DNA of 64,000 nt, taken from contig CATNEN010000038.1 of the NCBI GenBank assembly GCA_950097015.1, forward strand, positions 26,784,001 through 26,848,000, read 5' to 3'. Within the stretch, counting starts at the first letter, position 1, and each line of letters begins with the position of its first letter. This document shows positions 38,708-51,154 of the stretch, piece by piece. Under the pieces are notes generated by a model that saw only the letters and a list, made by a program, of their open reading frames with translations, was not told the DNA's origin and made no database searches. The position numbers and the translations under genes are program-made. This stretch comes from Macrostomum hystrix. Its lineage: Eukaryota; Animalia; Platyhelminthes.

Positions 38708-40408
38708 ATGGAGTTTGCAATGGCCAGCTTCGGCGGGATCAACGGGAATCCGCCTGACGCTTACCCGCCACTCCTCGCTTACAGATCGCACCATCATCAG
38801 CCGCGAATGCTGGAGCATCAGAACCAGCAGCAGCAGCAAGGGCCGCTGTCGCACCAGAACACGCTCGAAGATGAGGTTGTTCTCGCTGACAGCACAGCTC
38901 CCACTGCAGGACGCCTGATAGCCGATCCCGACTGCGAAAGGGTCGTCATCAACGTCAGCGGCCTTCGCTTCGAGACGCAGCTGAAGACGCTGAGCCAGTT
39001 TCCCGACACGCTACTAGGCGATCCTCTGAAGCGAAATCGCTACTACGATCCATTGCGTAACGAGTATTTCTTCGATCGCAATCGGCCATCTTTCGACGCT
39101 ATTTTGTACTTTTATCAGAGCGGCGGCCGACTTAGAAGACCCGTCAACGTGCCGATCGATGTCTTCACTGAGGAGATTCGATTCTACGAGCTGGGCGAAG
39201 AAGCCATCGAGAAGTATCGCGACGATGAGGGCTTCATAAAGGAAGAGGTGAAGGTGCTACCGGAGGACGAGTTCCAGCGCAAGGTTTGGCTGCTCTTCGA
39301 GTATCCCGAGAGCTCCATGGCGGCTCGCGTCATCGCCATCATCTCCGTGTGCGTCATCTTGCTCAGCATCGTGATCTTCTGCGTAGAGACTCTGCCTCAC
39401 TTTCGACATTACAAGGTTGTCAACGAGACTTACGGTAATATCACCACCCAAACCATTGAGGAGGACGATATACCACAATTTGGCGAGCCCTTCTTTGTCA
39501 TCGAGACAGTCTGTATCATCTGGTTCACCTTTGAGCTGCTCGTTAGATTCGCGTCCTCGCCAGAGAAGCTTGCCTTCTTCAAGAACATGATGAACTCTAT
39601 CGACATAGTGGCAATCATTCCCTACTTCATCACCCTTGGCACAGTGATTGCCGACGACAGCCGCAATAATCAGGCCATGTCGCTGGCCATTCTGCGGGTG
39701 ATTCGCCTGGTCCGCGTGTTTCGAATCTTCAAACTGAGCCGCCACTTCAAGGGCCTGCAAATTCTCGGCCAGACGCTCAAAGCCTCGGTGCGCGAGCTCG
39801 GGCTGCTGGTTTTCTTTCTCCTCATCAGCGTGATCCTCTTCTCCTCTGCCGTCTACTTTGCCGAAGCCGATTCCGCCGTCAAGTCGCACTTCGACTCGAT
39901 ACCGTCAGCGTTCTGGTGGGCTGTGGTCACCATGACAACGGTTGGGTACGGAGACATGCGCCCAGTGACTGTCTGGGGCAAACTGGTCGGCTCGCTGTGC
40001 GCGATAGCCGGAGTCCTGACCATCGCCCTGCCCGTGCCCGTCATCGTGTCCAATTTCAACTATTTCTACCACCGGGAGACTGAGTCAGAGGACAAGCAGA
40101 CCTACGTGCACATCCAGTCCTGCCCGGCCTACAGTCGAGAGTCCACAGGCCGCGACCGAAAGAGCTCGATGGCTTCAATGTCCGATGCGTTAGATCCGGA
40201 TGTTGCAGCCACCGAAGGTATTCAGCTTGTGCCACAGCAGCAGCAGCAGCAGGAGCAGCAACAAGCACAACTGCAAAGGCAAAAGCAGGCTCCAGATCGG
40301 CAAAATCACTCGAAACAGCAGCAGCAGCAGCAGCAGCAAGAGCAACAGCCAAACTCGACTAGTGGTAACGCAAGATGCCCTGCAAGCTGCTTCGAGACAG
40401 ATGTGTGA
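38708..40408 (+). CDS. KCNA: Shaker/Kv1 voltage-gated potassium channel, intronless CDS (566 aa)
   Basis: T1 domain [15 protein letters not shown]; S4 [18 protein letters not shown]; pore TMTTVGYGD; PVP; C-terminal ETDV. Start placed at MEFAMA by similarity to the MEVAMA/MEVAMV N-termini of Aplysia Kv1 and Kv1.4. Confidence 0.95.
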   Translation: MEFAMASFGGINGNPPDAYPPLLAYRSHHHQPRMLEHQNQQQQQGPLSHQNTLEDEVVLADSTAPTAGRLIADPDCERVVINVSGLRFETQLKTLSQFPDTLLGDPLKRNRYYDPLRNEYFFDRNRPSFDAILYFYQSGGRLRRPVNVPIDVFTEEIRFYELGEEAIEKYRDDEGFIKEEVKVLPEDEFQRKVWLLFEYPESSMAARVIAIISVCVILLSIVIFCVETLPHFRHYKVVNETYGNITTQTIEEDDIPQFGEPFFVIETVCIIWFTFELLVRFASSPEKLAFFKNMMNSIDIVAIIPYFITLGTVIADDSRNNQAMSLAILRVIRLVRVFRIFKLSRHFKGLQILGQTLKASVRELGLLVFFLLISVILFSSAVYFAEADSAVKSHFDSIPSAFWWAVVTMTTVGYGDMRPVTVWGKLVGSLCAIAGVLTIALPVPVIVSNFNYFYHRETESEDKQTYVHIQSCPAYSRESTGRDRKSSMASMSDALDPDVAATEGIQLVPQQQQQQEQQQAQLQRQKQAPDRQNHSKQQQQQQQQEQQPNSTSGNARCPASCFETDV

Positions 40409-40472
40409 CCGCCGTGAAAAGCCTTCGAAATACAACCCACCCTACTTGATCCTCAAACCGCCGCAGCCTAAG

Positions 40473-40473
<1 letters not shown>

Positions 40474-40515
<42 letters not shown>
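40474..40515. repeat. (CAG)14 in the Kv1 3' UTR
   Basis: Perfect trinucleotide run 66 nt after the stop codon. Confidence 0.95.
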
Positions 40516-40516
<1 letters not shown>

Positions 40517-40842
40517 CGCGGCGGAACACGCTGTTTAAATCTTTGAACTTCCGTTTCGTCGCCAGGCTATTTACATGTACCATGCAAATGTTTGTGCTGC
40601 CGTTTCTCACTCTCTTTCTTGTATCCTTCATTCCGGGCCTCGAGTTAAACATGAAGCACGGCGTATTGACAATGGAGCTATGGTCATTCTATCAGCTGCG
40701 GGCGAGTTTTGTACATAAACTATGGTTAGTAATTTTTTGACATGCCTTTCCCTGTCAATCTTTGCTAACAGTTTTTCAACTCATCTATTCATTCCTTCAT
40801 GGCCGCGATCTTCATTTGATGGAGAGAAATTGTACCCCTTCA

Positions 40843-42604
40843 TTACCTGAATAGACCAGGGATACTAACCCATTGGTTACCTGAATAGACCAGGGATACT
40901 ACCCCATTGGTTACCTGAATAGACCAGGGATACTAACCCATTGGTTACCTGAATAGACAATGGATACTACCCCATTGGTTACCTGAATAGGCCAGGGATA
41001 CTAACCCATTGGTTACCTGAATAGACCAGGGATACTAACCCATTGGTTACCTGAATAGACCAGGGATACTAACCCATTGGTTACCTGAATAGACAATGGA
41101 TACTACCCCATTGGTTACCTGAATAGGCCAGGGATACTAACCCATTGGTTACCTGAATAGACCAGGGATACTAACCCATTGGTTACCTGAATAGACCTGG
41201 GATACTAACCCATTGGTTACCTGAATAGACCTGGGATACTAACCCATTGGTTACCTGAATAGACCAGGGATACTAACCCATTGGTTACCTGAATAGACCA
41301 GGGATACTAACCCATTCGTTACCTGAATAGACAATGGATACTACCCCATTGGTTACCTGAATAGACCAGGGATACTAACCCATTGGTTACCTGAATAGAC
41401 CAGGGATACTAACCCATTGGTTACCTGAATAGACCAGGGATACTAACCCATTGGTTACCTGAATAGACCAGGGATACTAACCCATTGGTTACCTGAATAG
41501 ACCAGGGATACTAACCCATTGGTTACCTGAATAGACCTGGGATACTAACCCATTGGTTACCTGAATAGACCAGGGATACTAACCCATTGGTTACCTGAAT
41601 AGACAATGGATACTACCCCATTGGTTACCTGAATAGACCTGGGATACTACCCCATTGGTTACCTGAATAGACCAGGGATACTACCCCATTGGTTACCTGA
41701 ATAGACCAGGGATACTACCCCATTGGTTACCTGAATAGACCAGGGATACTACCCCATTGGTTACCTGAATAGACAATGGATACTAACCCATTGGTTACCT
41801 GAATAGACCAGGGATACTAACCCATTGGTTACCTGAATAGACCTGGGATACTAACCCATTGGTTACCTGAATAGACCAGGGATACTACCCCATTGGTTAC
41901 CTGAATAGACCTGGGATACTAACCCATTGGTTACCTGAATAGACCAGGGATACTAACCCATTGGTTACCTGAATAGACCTGGGATACTAACCCATTGGTT
42001 ACCTGAATAGACCTGGGATACTAACCCATTGGTTACCTGAATAGACCTGGGATACTAACCCATTGGTTACCTGAATAGACCAGGGATACTACCCCATTGG
42101 TTACCTGAATAGACCTGGGATACTAACCCATTGGTTACCTGAATAGACCAGGGATACTAACCCATTGGTTACCTGAATAGACCAGGGATACTAACCCATT
42201 GGTTACCTGAATAGACCAGGGATACTAACCCATTGGTTACCTGAATAGACCAGGGATACTAACCCATTGGTTACCTGAATAGACCAGGGATACTAACCCA
42301 TTGGTTACCTGAATAGACCTGGGATACTAACCCATTGGTTACCTGAATAGACCTGGGATACTAACCCATTGGTTACCTGAATAGACCAGGGATACTACCC
42401 CATTGGTTACCTGAATAGACCAGGGATACTAACCCATTGGTTACCTGAATAGACCAGGGATACTACCCCATTGGTTACCTGAATAGACCTGGGATACTAA
42501 CCCATTGGTTACCTGAATAGACCAGGGATACTAACCCATTGGTTACCTGAATAGACCAGGGATACTAACCCATTGGTTACCTGAATAGACCAGGGATACT
42601 ACCC
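40843..42604. repeat. 34-bp minisatellite containing TACTAAC
   Basis: TTACCTGAATAGACCAGGGATACTAACCCATTGG, about 52 copies. Confidence 0.97.
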
Positions 42605-44631
42605 CCCTGTGACCTTATACTATAGCAGCTCATATTCAGTGTCTAATTGGTTGAACACTAGGACACTGAAAATCTAAATTCCTATTTAGACACGGATGAA
42701 GGAAGTTGAGTATAGCAAGATGAGTACAGTTTGGATATGAGTCAGTAAGGCTATATGAATGAGGCGTACGAGATCTCGGTGCAAGATTAGTCTGACTGGC
42801 CTAACTGAATTGATGAACTGGCAAAAACTGAGCAGGCTATATGCCGGGGTTGACTTTGGGACTGCAATGGGCAAGACAGTTCTGAGCAACACGCCGCCAC
42901 TCCTTCCTGGCCTTTTCCGACACCTTGTTCTTGCGGCCAAATATAGGGGATAGTAATAGAGGGATAAATGTGGGGAAGGTAGTGAGGATAGAGGGTTAGG
43001 AGAGAGACAGAGGGACAGGGAGACAGGAAGATAGGCAGCCCAGATTAAATATATTTTGGGCTGGCTATTGTTCCTAGGGAAAAGAAAAGCTGTACTATGC
43101 CAGAGTTGCGCTCCAATTTACAGCTCTGTGACTGACTGAACCAATGATAACACCAATGATGCGACATTGGGACAGGGATGTAGTGGGATACAGGCCATGA
43201 GGATGAGCTTACTGGTCGGGATAAGCAGATATCTCTCTTGTGTGTGTATAACTGCGCATAGATGAAACAACTGAGTTGTCAAAGGACAGTACGCGCCAGG
43301 CCTGATAGGAATATGCAGCTGTGCTGCTTGCCTGCAAGCAAAATATGGAAAAGGGGGTTCTAGTAGGAGGGGGGAAGAGGAGGGAGACAGGATCGCTGCC
43401 GCATGGGAGCAGCAGCAGCAGCAGCAGCAGCAGCGGCAGCAGTAAAGCCGTAAGAGAACACTACAGCGGAGTCTCAAGCCCCCTATGCCCCGCCTCTCTC
43501 TCTCTGTCTATCTCACTCTTCCCTTTTCCGTCATGCCCCCAGCCCCAAATTGGAAGGGAATCGGGTTGGCTCAGAGAGTGCATGCACCCACATGTCGGCA
43601 ATGCCCGGCTAATGTCTGTGGCACACACACACACAATCTCCTGAGCTAGTTTCCTAGCAGGAAAGGGTTAATTTCTTCTCGCTTCTTCTCAAATGCGACT
43701 CTAAAATAAGTTTTCATCTTGATTTGTTAGATTTTTTAAATTCCTGCTGACGGTTTATGTCGAACCGTACACGGCCTTGACACTGGCTGAATACTAACTC
43801 AAGAACATTACGAGTACAAGATACGTTGTCTTGCTTTGTACTTTTATGATTTCAATCTTTCGCCTTGCTCATTCAACAGGATCGTCTAACACTCGATGCC
43901 CGTTCGTCTTAAGATCGCAGTTTGAGACGCTCGTCAAGTGCTCAGGTCTGACTGGAAATCTAACTGACAGAATCATGTAACACGCTGTCTGCAGGTCAAA
44001 ATCTGTTAGCTTAAGAAGACTTACAAGACGAAAAACATATATCAGAAGCTGCAGTGACATTGTTGATTTCATAAAAACTGTTGATGCCATCAAATTGTTA
44101 ATGTGCGTAGGCATAAATTCCTTCTTAAAATAGATTATATAGAACAGACAGTGTTAATTAATTTTATGGAATTGTTGTGCTGTAAACTGTCATAGACTTC
44201 TATTGCGCCACAATATATAGTGTCCATCGTGTACTAATTTGATGAGTTATCACTGTGCTACATTTAAATGAATAAAACTATGTATTAATCATTATAACGA
44301 TAGATTTTATGGTTTCATAGATTAAATAGATACGACGTAGATAGATCGCTCACAAAGTTCTGAATAAAATTCGGCCCATCGACAACAAATGCGACCAAAA
44401 AAAGTTTTTGCACCACCAACGCTAACACAAAAAATAGTGGTCAAATTTATGCATAAAAACTGAATTAAATACCCGATCGGACGTGCGACTTTACGAATTA
44501 TGGAATAATTTCTTCGGGTCAAACAGAACCGAAGCTTCAACAACTGCAGCAGCAAAACAAAAACCGGATCTGATTTAACTAACAAGTCACTTTCCGCGCT
44601 TCCTTTTTGTAAGCATGCGGCAATGTACATT

Positions 44632-45438
44632 GTCCCTGAGCTCGATTCCGTAATGCTTATTGGTGAATAACTGCAACGCGTTTGCCTCTCGCACCGAGGT
44701 CCCTGAGCTCGATTCCGTAATGTTTGTTGGTGAATAACTGCAACGCGTTTGCCTCTCGCACCATGGTCCCTGAGTTCGATTCCGCAATGTTTATTGGTGA
44801 ATAACTGCATCGCGTTTGCCTCTCGCACCGAGGTCCCTGAGCTCGATTCCGTAATGCTTATTGGTGAATAACTGCAACGCGTTTGCCTCTCGCACCGAGG
44901 TCCCTGAGCTCGATTCCGTAATGTTTGTTGGTGAATAACTGCAACGCGTTTGCCTCTCGCACCATGGTCCCTGAGTTCGATTCCGCAATGTTTATTGGTG
45001 AATAACTGCATCGCGTTTGCCTCTCGCACCGAGGTCCCTGAGTTCGATTCCGTAATGTTTGTTGGTGAATAACTGCAACGCGTTTGCCTCTCGCACCATG
45101 GTCCCTGAGTTCGATTCCGTAATGTTTATTTGTGAATAACTGCATCGCGTTTGCCTCTCGCACCGAGGTCCCTGAGTTCGATTCCGTAATGTTTATTGGT
45201 GAATAACGGCAACGCGTTTGCCTCTCGCACCGAGGTCCCTGAGTTCGATTCCGTAATGTTTATTGGTGAATAACTGCATCGCGTTTGCCTCTCGCACCGA
45301 GGTCCCTGAGTTCGATTCTGTAATGTTTATTGGTGAATAACGGCAACGCGTTTGCCTCTCGCACCGAGGTCCCTGAGTTCGATTCCGTAATGTTTATTGG
45401 TGAATAACTGCAACGCGTTTGCCTCTCGCACCAAGGTC
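44632..45438 (+). repeat. 67-bp tandem repeat of a tRNA/SINE-head-like unit
   Basis: About 12 copies, each with GCCTCTCGCACCGAGGTCCCTGAG(T/C)TCGATTCC (B-box-like). Confidence 0.9.
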
Positions 45439-45524
45439 GCAATAATTTAAGGCGCAGCCGCGGAGAGGTTTGGTGGCTTGTCTGCAATTTACGCCCTTTA
45501 GCGCCAACCTCAAAAACGCAGTGA

Positions 45525-45665
45525 GAGTGCGCACTGCCTGACGATGAGAAAGTCAGGGCCGATCTACACACCTGTGTGAGTGTGTGCTCAGGAGTCAGCG
45601 GAATGAGCAGAATTCCTCGCTGGCTGCGGGCCCGCAGCCCTCCTGCTATTATTACAATTATAATT
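45525..45665 (+). mobile_element. Short interspersed hairpin element, copy C
   Basis: CCTGAC-GATGAGAAA-GTCAGG hairpin, GTGCTCAGGAGTCAGC core, perfect palindrome GGCTGCGGGCCCGCAGCC, ATT-rich tail. Confidence 0.6.
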
Positions 45666-47042
45666 AATCTGAAATTTTTAGATCAAAGTTCGATCATGAC
45701 TATTACTTACAAAACATAGCCGAACAGTAGTCTGATTCGATAAGTATTCTTAAAATATTTGTTTGTTAAAAGTACATACATGTTGGAGTACGTCGTAAAA
45801 GTAGCCTATTAAAATGTCTTTAAAGACACGAAACACGATACTAACAGAAAAAGAAATAAACAGTATTTCTGTCAGTGCTGCTTGTTTAATTTGTTGCAGC
45901 TTATGTGTATTTGGTTTTTTGTCTGATGGTATCACTGAAGTACAAATATAGTTGAAATTGTTAAATAAAATCATTTATTTTTATTTATGTTTGATACTCA
46001 GAAAATGTTTTTATTACAGGATAAGATTTTATCTGATCTCAACCTGAGCTCAGAGATAGATTATAATTTGGAGCAGATTAGCAAAAAATGTTAACAAAAT
46101 AACGAACAACGAGCCAACACAATAAGGGGGATTCGATATAGTGAATGAAATAATTTTGTACTCTTCTAAAACACTGCACAGTACAAGAAGCTACATAATA
46201 GCATACAGTGTTTCTTTGTGCAGAATTTGTCCAATCAGAGCGGGACAGGCTAATTGAAAATCATTATTTAACTTAGAAATTAACTACTGGAGTAGTAAGT
46301 AGTATGTGCTTAAAACCGAATTACACTTCTAACTATCCGCAATACTTGTCCATTAATATGGCAACTTACTAGCTATCCAGTCTAACTACTACTAGTAATC
46401 GCTAGTGCAATAATCTATCTAGCTATAGAAAATAATTTAACCAGTAAAACAGTAATCATATTTTAAGATAGAAAATTTACCAAAAAAACGCGCGCTGACA
46501 GAGTCACAAAAAAACCATGGTCAAGGATATGGGTCAGCAGATAAGCAAGTGGCTTTGAAAACTTTTAACAAGCAAGCGAGCGAGCAAGCAGGCAAACAGA
46601 TTGAGAAAAGAAACATTAAAAGTGCACGTATTTTATTACGTTTTAAAGCAACAATTAAACGTGGATGACGATGTGTTTAACATGTCATGTTAAAAGACAA
46701 AATCTCACAAGCAAACAAACTTTTAGCCAGCAATTTAACGAGAATCCGTTAAACAGATCCAATAAACCACACAAACGATTAACGGTTAAAGACTGGGGAA
46801 TGCCTTGAAGTCGATGGGGTCCATAAACATGAGAATATATATTCAGAGACATAAAAATAAAGAAGACTCAAACTCAGTACAGTTGTTTCGCGTTGTTTGC
46901 TTTCGTTTTGCGAGAAACTTTGGTGTGTGTGAATGAGAGAAAGCAGAGAGACAGCGAGCTTGCCATTGTGCTGGGTCGATATAATGAACATTGCATTGTC
47001 ATTTCTAACTCATTAAGGTTACAGGAACGATTCTGTTCTTCT

Positions 47043-47195
47043 AAGGTCATTCATAACTTTTGAAGGTCATTCATAACTTTTGAAGGTCATTCATAACTTT
47101 TGAAGGTCATTCATAACTTTTGAAGGTCATTCGTAACTTTTGAAGGTCATTCGTAACTTTTGAAGGTCATTCATAACTTTTGAAGGTCATTCATG
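47043..47195. repeat. 20-bp minisatellite
   Basis: GAAGGTCATTCATAACTTTT, about 7 copies. Confidence 0.93.
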
Positions 47196-49028
47196 ACTGT
47201 CAGTCATGAAGGTCAGTAGTAACGTTATAAATTAGCAAACTCACAAAAGCGCAATTCCAGGCTCATATTGTGCGACAATAAAAGCGAGCAAAATAAGCAA
47301 CAGAAAACGCAATGATCCTAAAAGAACATTTTGCTGGCAACAGGGCTAGAGGGTCCTTAATTGTGGCTAAAAATTAGCATTAAAGCAAGCAAACAAAGAA
47401 GCGAGGGTGGAACAAGTGTGCGGAAAACAAGATCTGTTGTAAACTTGCATAACAAAATGTACACGGAAATTTTTCGAAACGTTGTCGAGAATAAACAATA
47501 TGCTAAAAAATAAACTATAACTATATAAACAGAGAGAAAGGAGCTATTTAGCTATTCGAGTTTTTTGTACAAATAAAAAGTTAGGACTGCGAGTTATCGC
47601 TCGCTTGGTGTCTGAGGCAACAAAGGACGAGTGTTCAGTGTTATTATGGGAACGCTTTATCGGAATTGCAGCTACTGTACAATATTGTCTATGGCTAATT
47701 TGACATTCACAGTAAGGAGAGGAATGGAGAGAATTTCAGGCAATATGAAAGGCAGATGCGAGAGAGTGGAGAGATGATGAGGAAACATAGGGGAATATGG
47801 GAGCGAAATCCCTATGGTTCAGGGATAGGCAAAATATATTTCAGGGAGAACTGGGTGGGGAGAACAGAAAATACTTGGACAAAACGATGAACAACTTGCA
47901 GCCTTTTAAAGAACAAAGATTGAACATGGAATCAAATGTTTAGAAAACCGCAGTTTTCCCCAATTAAATGGCGTGACACTCGCCGAAAAATTTGTAAGTA
48001 CAAAATAAAATTGTGCAAAAGTGGAAACAAACAGTTAACAGATCCTAAATATTTCATAATGGGATAAATAGACAAATCAACTGATACGGCAATTAGGATG
48101 GCCATTGGCCAAAGTGAATTACACAATGATCGCACGGCAGTGTTAATTAAATAAACAGTATGAAGAGGCAATTAAACAATGAGACAAAAATCGGACTTAT
48201 AATTAACAATAAAATGGAAGTTAATCAGAAATCACACACTTTCTGTCCGAATACATTTGAATAGTCAAGGGATTCTGTCATATCCGAGTGATTCGAACAG
48301 TAGAACTACCAATTCCCCCCTGACAATTATTAGTGCTGCACCCGAACGGAGCAACGCAAGCACACGAAACTCAAGAACACGGGGCCAATTTTTTATTGCG
48401 CATCTTCTGAAACAAAAATCAAGTCGCCAGCTCTTCAGACCGTCGAGATATTCAATGGGTCTGGCCGAAGGTCACATTTTTCCCATAAGTGCATTTCATA
48501 CACCCCTATACACGAATCAGCACTGCGCCTTAGTGCGGCCTTGCCAGGCCTTCAAAATTTGCCAGGCCTTTAAAATTGATCAGCATGTCACCCGAATGTG
48601 CCTGCATCATCTCCGTCTTCGGTGGTCACCTACCTTTATCTAGACGGATTTGCTGGACCTTCAAGGACTACAACAGGTGGAAATATGGACACCCTGACGC
48701 GAATTTCTCTAATTTCACCGATCAAGCATAAATATTCTCAACCATAGTACACCATCGCCTAGTCTATCAACCAATCAGTCACCACCCAACGCTGTTAGCA
48801 TTCGGGCGCTGCCAAATAATGTTTCAGGGGGGGATTCTCACCCTTGGTATAAAAACGGGCGGCAAAATGGCTTGGTAGTCCTACTGTTAATAGTTGCTAA
48901 CGGAATCTAATGGAATCGACCGAAAATGTTAAGCGGTTTCCTAGGCAGATTCCACCAGAGTACATTTTGAGTCTATGCTTTATTAGAAACAAATGAGGAT
49001 CGGACAGTTAGGGATATAAATAGAACAG

Positions 49029-49379
49029 CTAGGCATCCAAACCGTTGGTGTCCCGTTCGCTTTGTTGCCGATACCAGTGCAGAATGGCTTCGCAGACAAA
49101 CTTGTACTGTGACGGTGTCTGGATCAGCATGGCCCGCTGATCGCGCATGCGCCTGACAATGTCTAACGGACAGACTGGCAAACCGGCTTCTAGTAGGCAC
49201 AGAGCGGTTTCCATGGTGATTAGGACGCCTGTGCGACCAATACCGGCTGAACAATGCACCACCATTGGCTCCATATGGCCGGATCGAAGAGATCGAACCC
49301 TGGCCACGAAGGCTAGGAATTCAGCGTGACTAACTGGAGTGCCGTGATCTGGCCAGCTGCTGTACTGCAGCTGCGTGAC
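49029..49379 (-). CDS. PTPN4: PTPN3/PTPN4-type tyrosine phosphatase, last exon (WPD loop, catalytic motif)
   Basis: ccgcag|[31 protein letters not shown]; AATAAA on minus strand at 48979-48984. Confidence 0.95.
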   Translation of the reverse strand, partial: VTQLQYSSWPDHGTPVSHAEFLAFVARVRSLRSGHMEPMVVHCSAGIGRTGVLITMETALCLLEAGLPVCPLDIVRRMRDQRAMLIQTPSQYKFVCEAILHWYRQQSERDTNGLDA

Positions 49380-49699
49380 CTGCGGACAGGGGAGACAGAG
49401 TACCAGTGTTCTGTACACCTAGCCACCATTTTTTAGTAATTGCTCCTAGATTACACACCAATTTACAATTCTGTTTAATTATTTACAATTCTGTACGCCC
49501 CATTTTCCATTCCGTACATTCAATAACCCTTCTGTACACCTACTTACTTTTTTGTACATTCAGCAATCCTTCTGTACCACAATTTTTCATTTTGAACAGC
49601 CAGTAACTCTTCTTCAAACTCATTTAAACATTCTATACAGCCATTAACTGTTCTGTACACTCATTTCAAAAGTTCTGTACAGCCAGTAACTCTTCAGCA

Positions 49700-50700
49700 C
49701 ACTCTATTTAACCATTCTGTACATCCAGTAACCATTCTGTACATCCAGTAACCATTCTGTACATCCAGTAACCATTCTGTACATCCAGTAACCATTCTGT
49801 ACATCCAGTAACCATTCTGTATATCCAGTAACCATTCTGTACATCCAGTAACCATTCTGTACATCCAGTAACCATTCTGTATATCCAGTAACCATTCTGT
49901 ACATCCAGTAACCATTCTGTACATCCAGTAACCATTCTGTATATCCAGTAACCATTCTGTACATCCAGTAACCATTCTGTATATCCAGTAACCATTCTGT
50001 ACATCCAGTAACCATTCTGTATATCCAGTAACCATTCTGTACATCCAGTAACCATTCTGTATATCCAGTAACCATTCTGTACATCCAGTAACCATTCTGT
50101 ATATCCAGTAACCATTCTGTACATCCAGTAACCATTCTGTATATCCAGTAACCATTCTGTACATCCAGTAACCATTCTGTATATCCAGTAACCATTCTGT
50201 ACATCCAGTAACCATTCTGTATATCCAGTAACCATTCTGTACATCCAGTAACCATTCTGTATATCCAGTAACCATTCTGTACATCCAGTAACCATTCTGT
50301 ATATCCAGTAACCATTCTGTACATCCAGTAACCATTCTGTATATCCAGTAACCATTCTGTACATCCAGTAACCATTCTGTATATCCAGTAACCATTCTGT
50401 ACATCCAGTAACCATTCTGTACATCCAGTAACCATTTTTTACATCCAGTAACCATTTTGTACACTCAGTACATTCAGTACTACCATTCTCTACATCCAGT
50501 AACCATTCTGTACATCCATTAACCATTCTGTACATCAAGTAACCATTGCGTATAGCCAGTAACCATTGTGTACACCCAGTAACCATTCTGTACATCCATT
50601 AACCATTCTGTACATCAAGTAACCATTGCGTATAGCCAGTAACCATTGTGTACACTCAGTAACCATTCTGTATATCCAGTAACCATTCTGTACATTCATT
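49700..50700. repeat. 20-bp minisatellite (PTPN intron)
   Basis: ACCATTCTGTA(C/T)ATCCAGTA; C/T alternation gives a 40-bp higher-order period. Confidence 0.97.
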
Positions 50701-50717
50701 CCCAATTCCCAACGTAC

Positions 50718-51121
50718 CTGTCTCTCCCGCCCGTCGCGGCTCAGAATGAACTCCCTGACACAGATTCCCACAGGTTCATCAGTAGTAGCGCCAGCCGGGG
50801 CAGCGCCATCCTCCATCTGTTCAGAGACGCAGGTGACAGCTAGACCAGCGAATTCGGCGCATTCGTACAGCTTTGGCCAATACTGGTGACACTTGGCTCG
50901 GCCGCGTTCAACGCTGGCTGTTAGCATGGCAACAAGTGAGACACTCTGCTCCCAGCACATTAGCCAGAAATCGGCGCACGTGTTGGCCAGGGGCCCCTGA
51001 GCGGCAATGTAGCGATTCACAGTGCCGCTAGGCAGAGGAATTTCCATATTAACAAAGCTGGCATTGATGTAGTCAGTGCCGGTAATGCTAGAGTCCTGCA
51101 GGGTCACCCTGGTGGCGTCGT
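50718..51121 (-). CDS. PTPN4: PTPN3/4 exon (PTP domain)
   Basis: (Y)DATRVTL, DYINAS, YIAAQGPL, DFWLMCWEQ, KCHQYWP; acag| and |GTACGT boundaries in phase. Confidence 0.93.
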
Positions 51122-51154
51122 CTGTAATTAAATCGCGGCTAATATGAATGTCCG

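Noticed and set aside
40406-40417. Stop-codon readthrough at Kv1 TGA-C
   Set aside because: A second TGA follows two codons later, readthrough would mask ETDV, and there is no supporting evidence
47043-47195. AGGTCA nuclear-receptor half-sites in the 20-bp repeat
   Set aside because: DR14 spacing is not a standard response element, and a hexamer match among about 27 monomers is expected by chance
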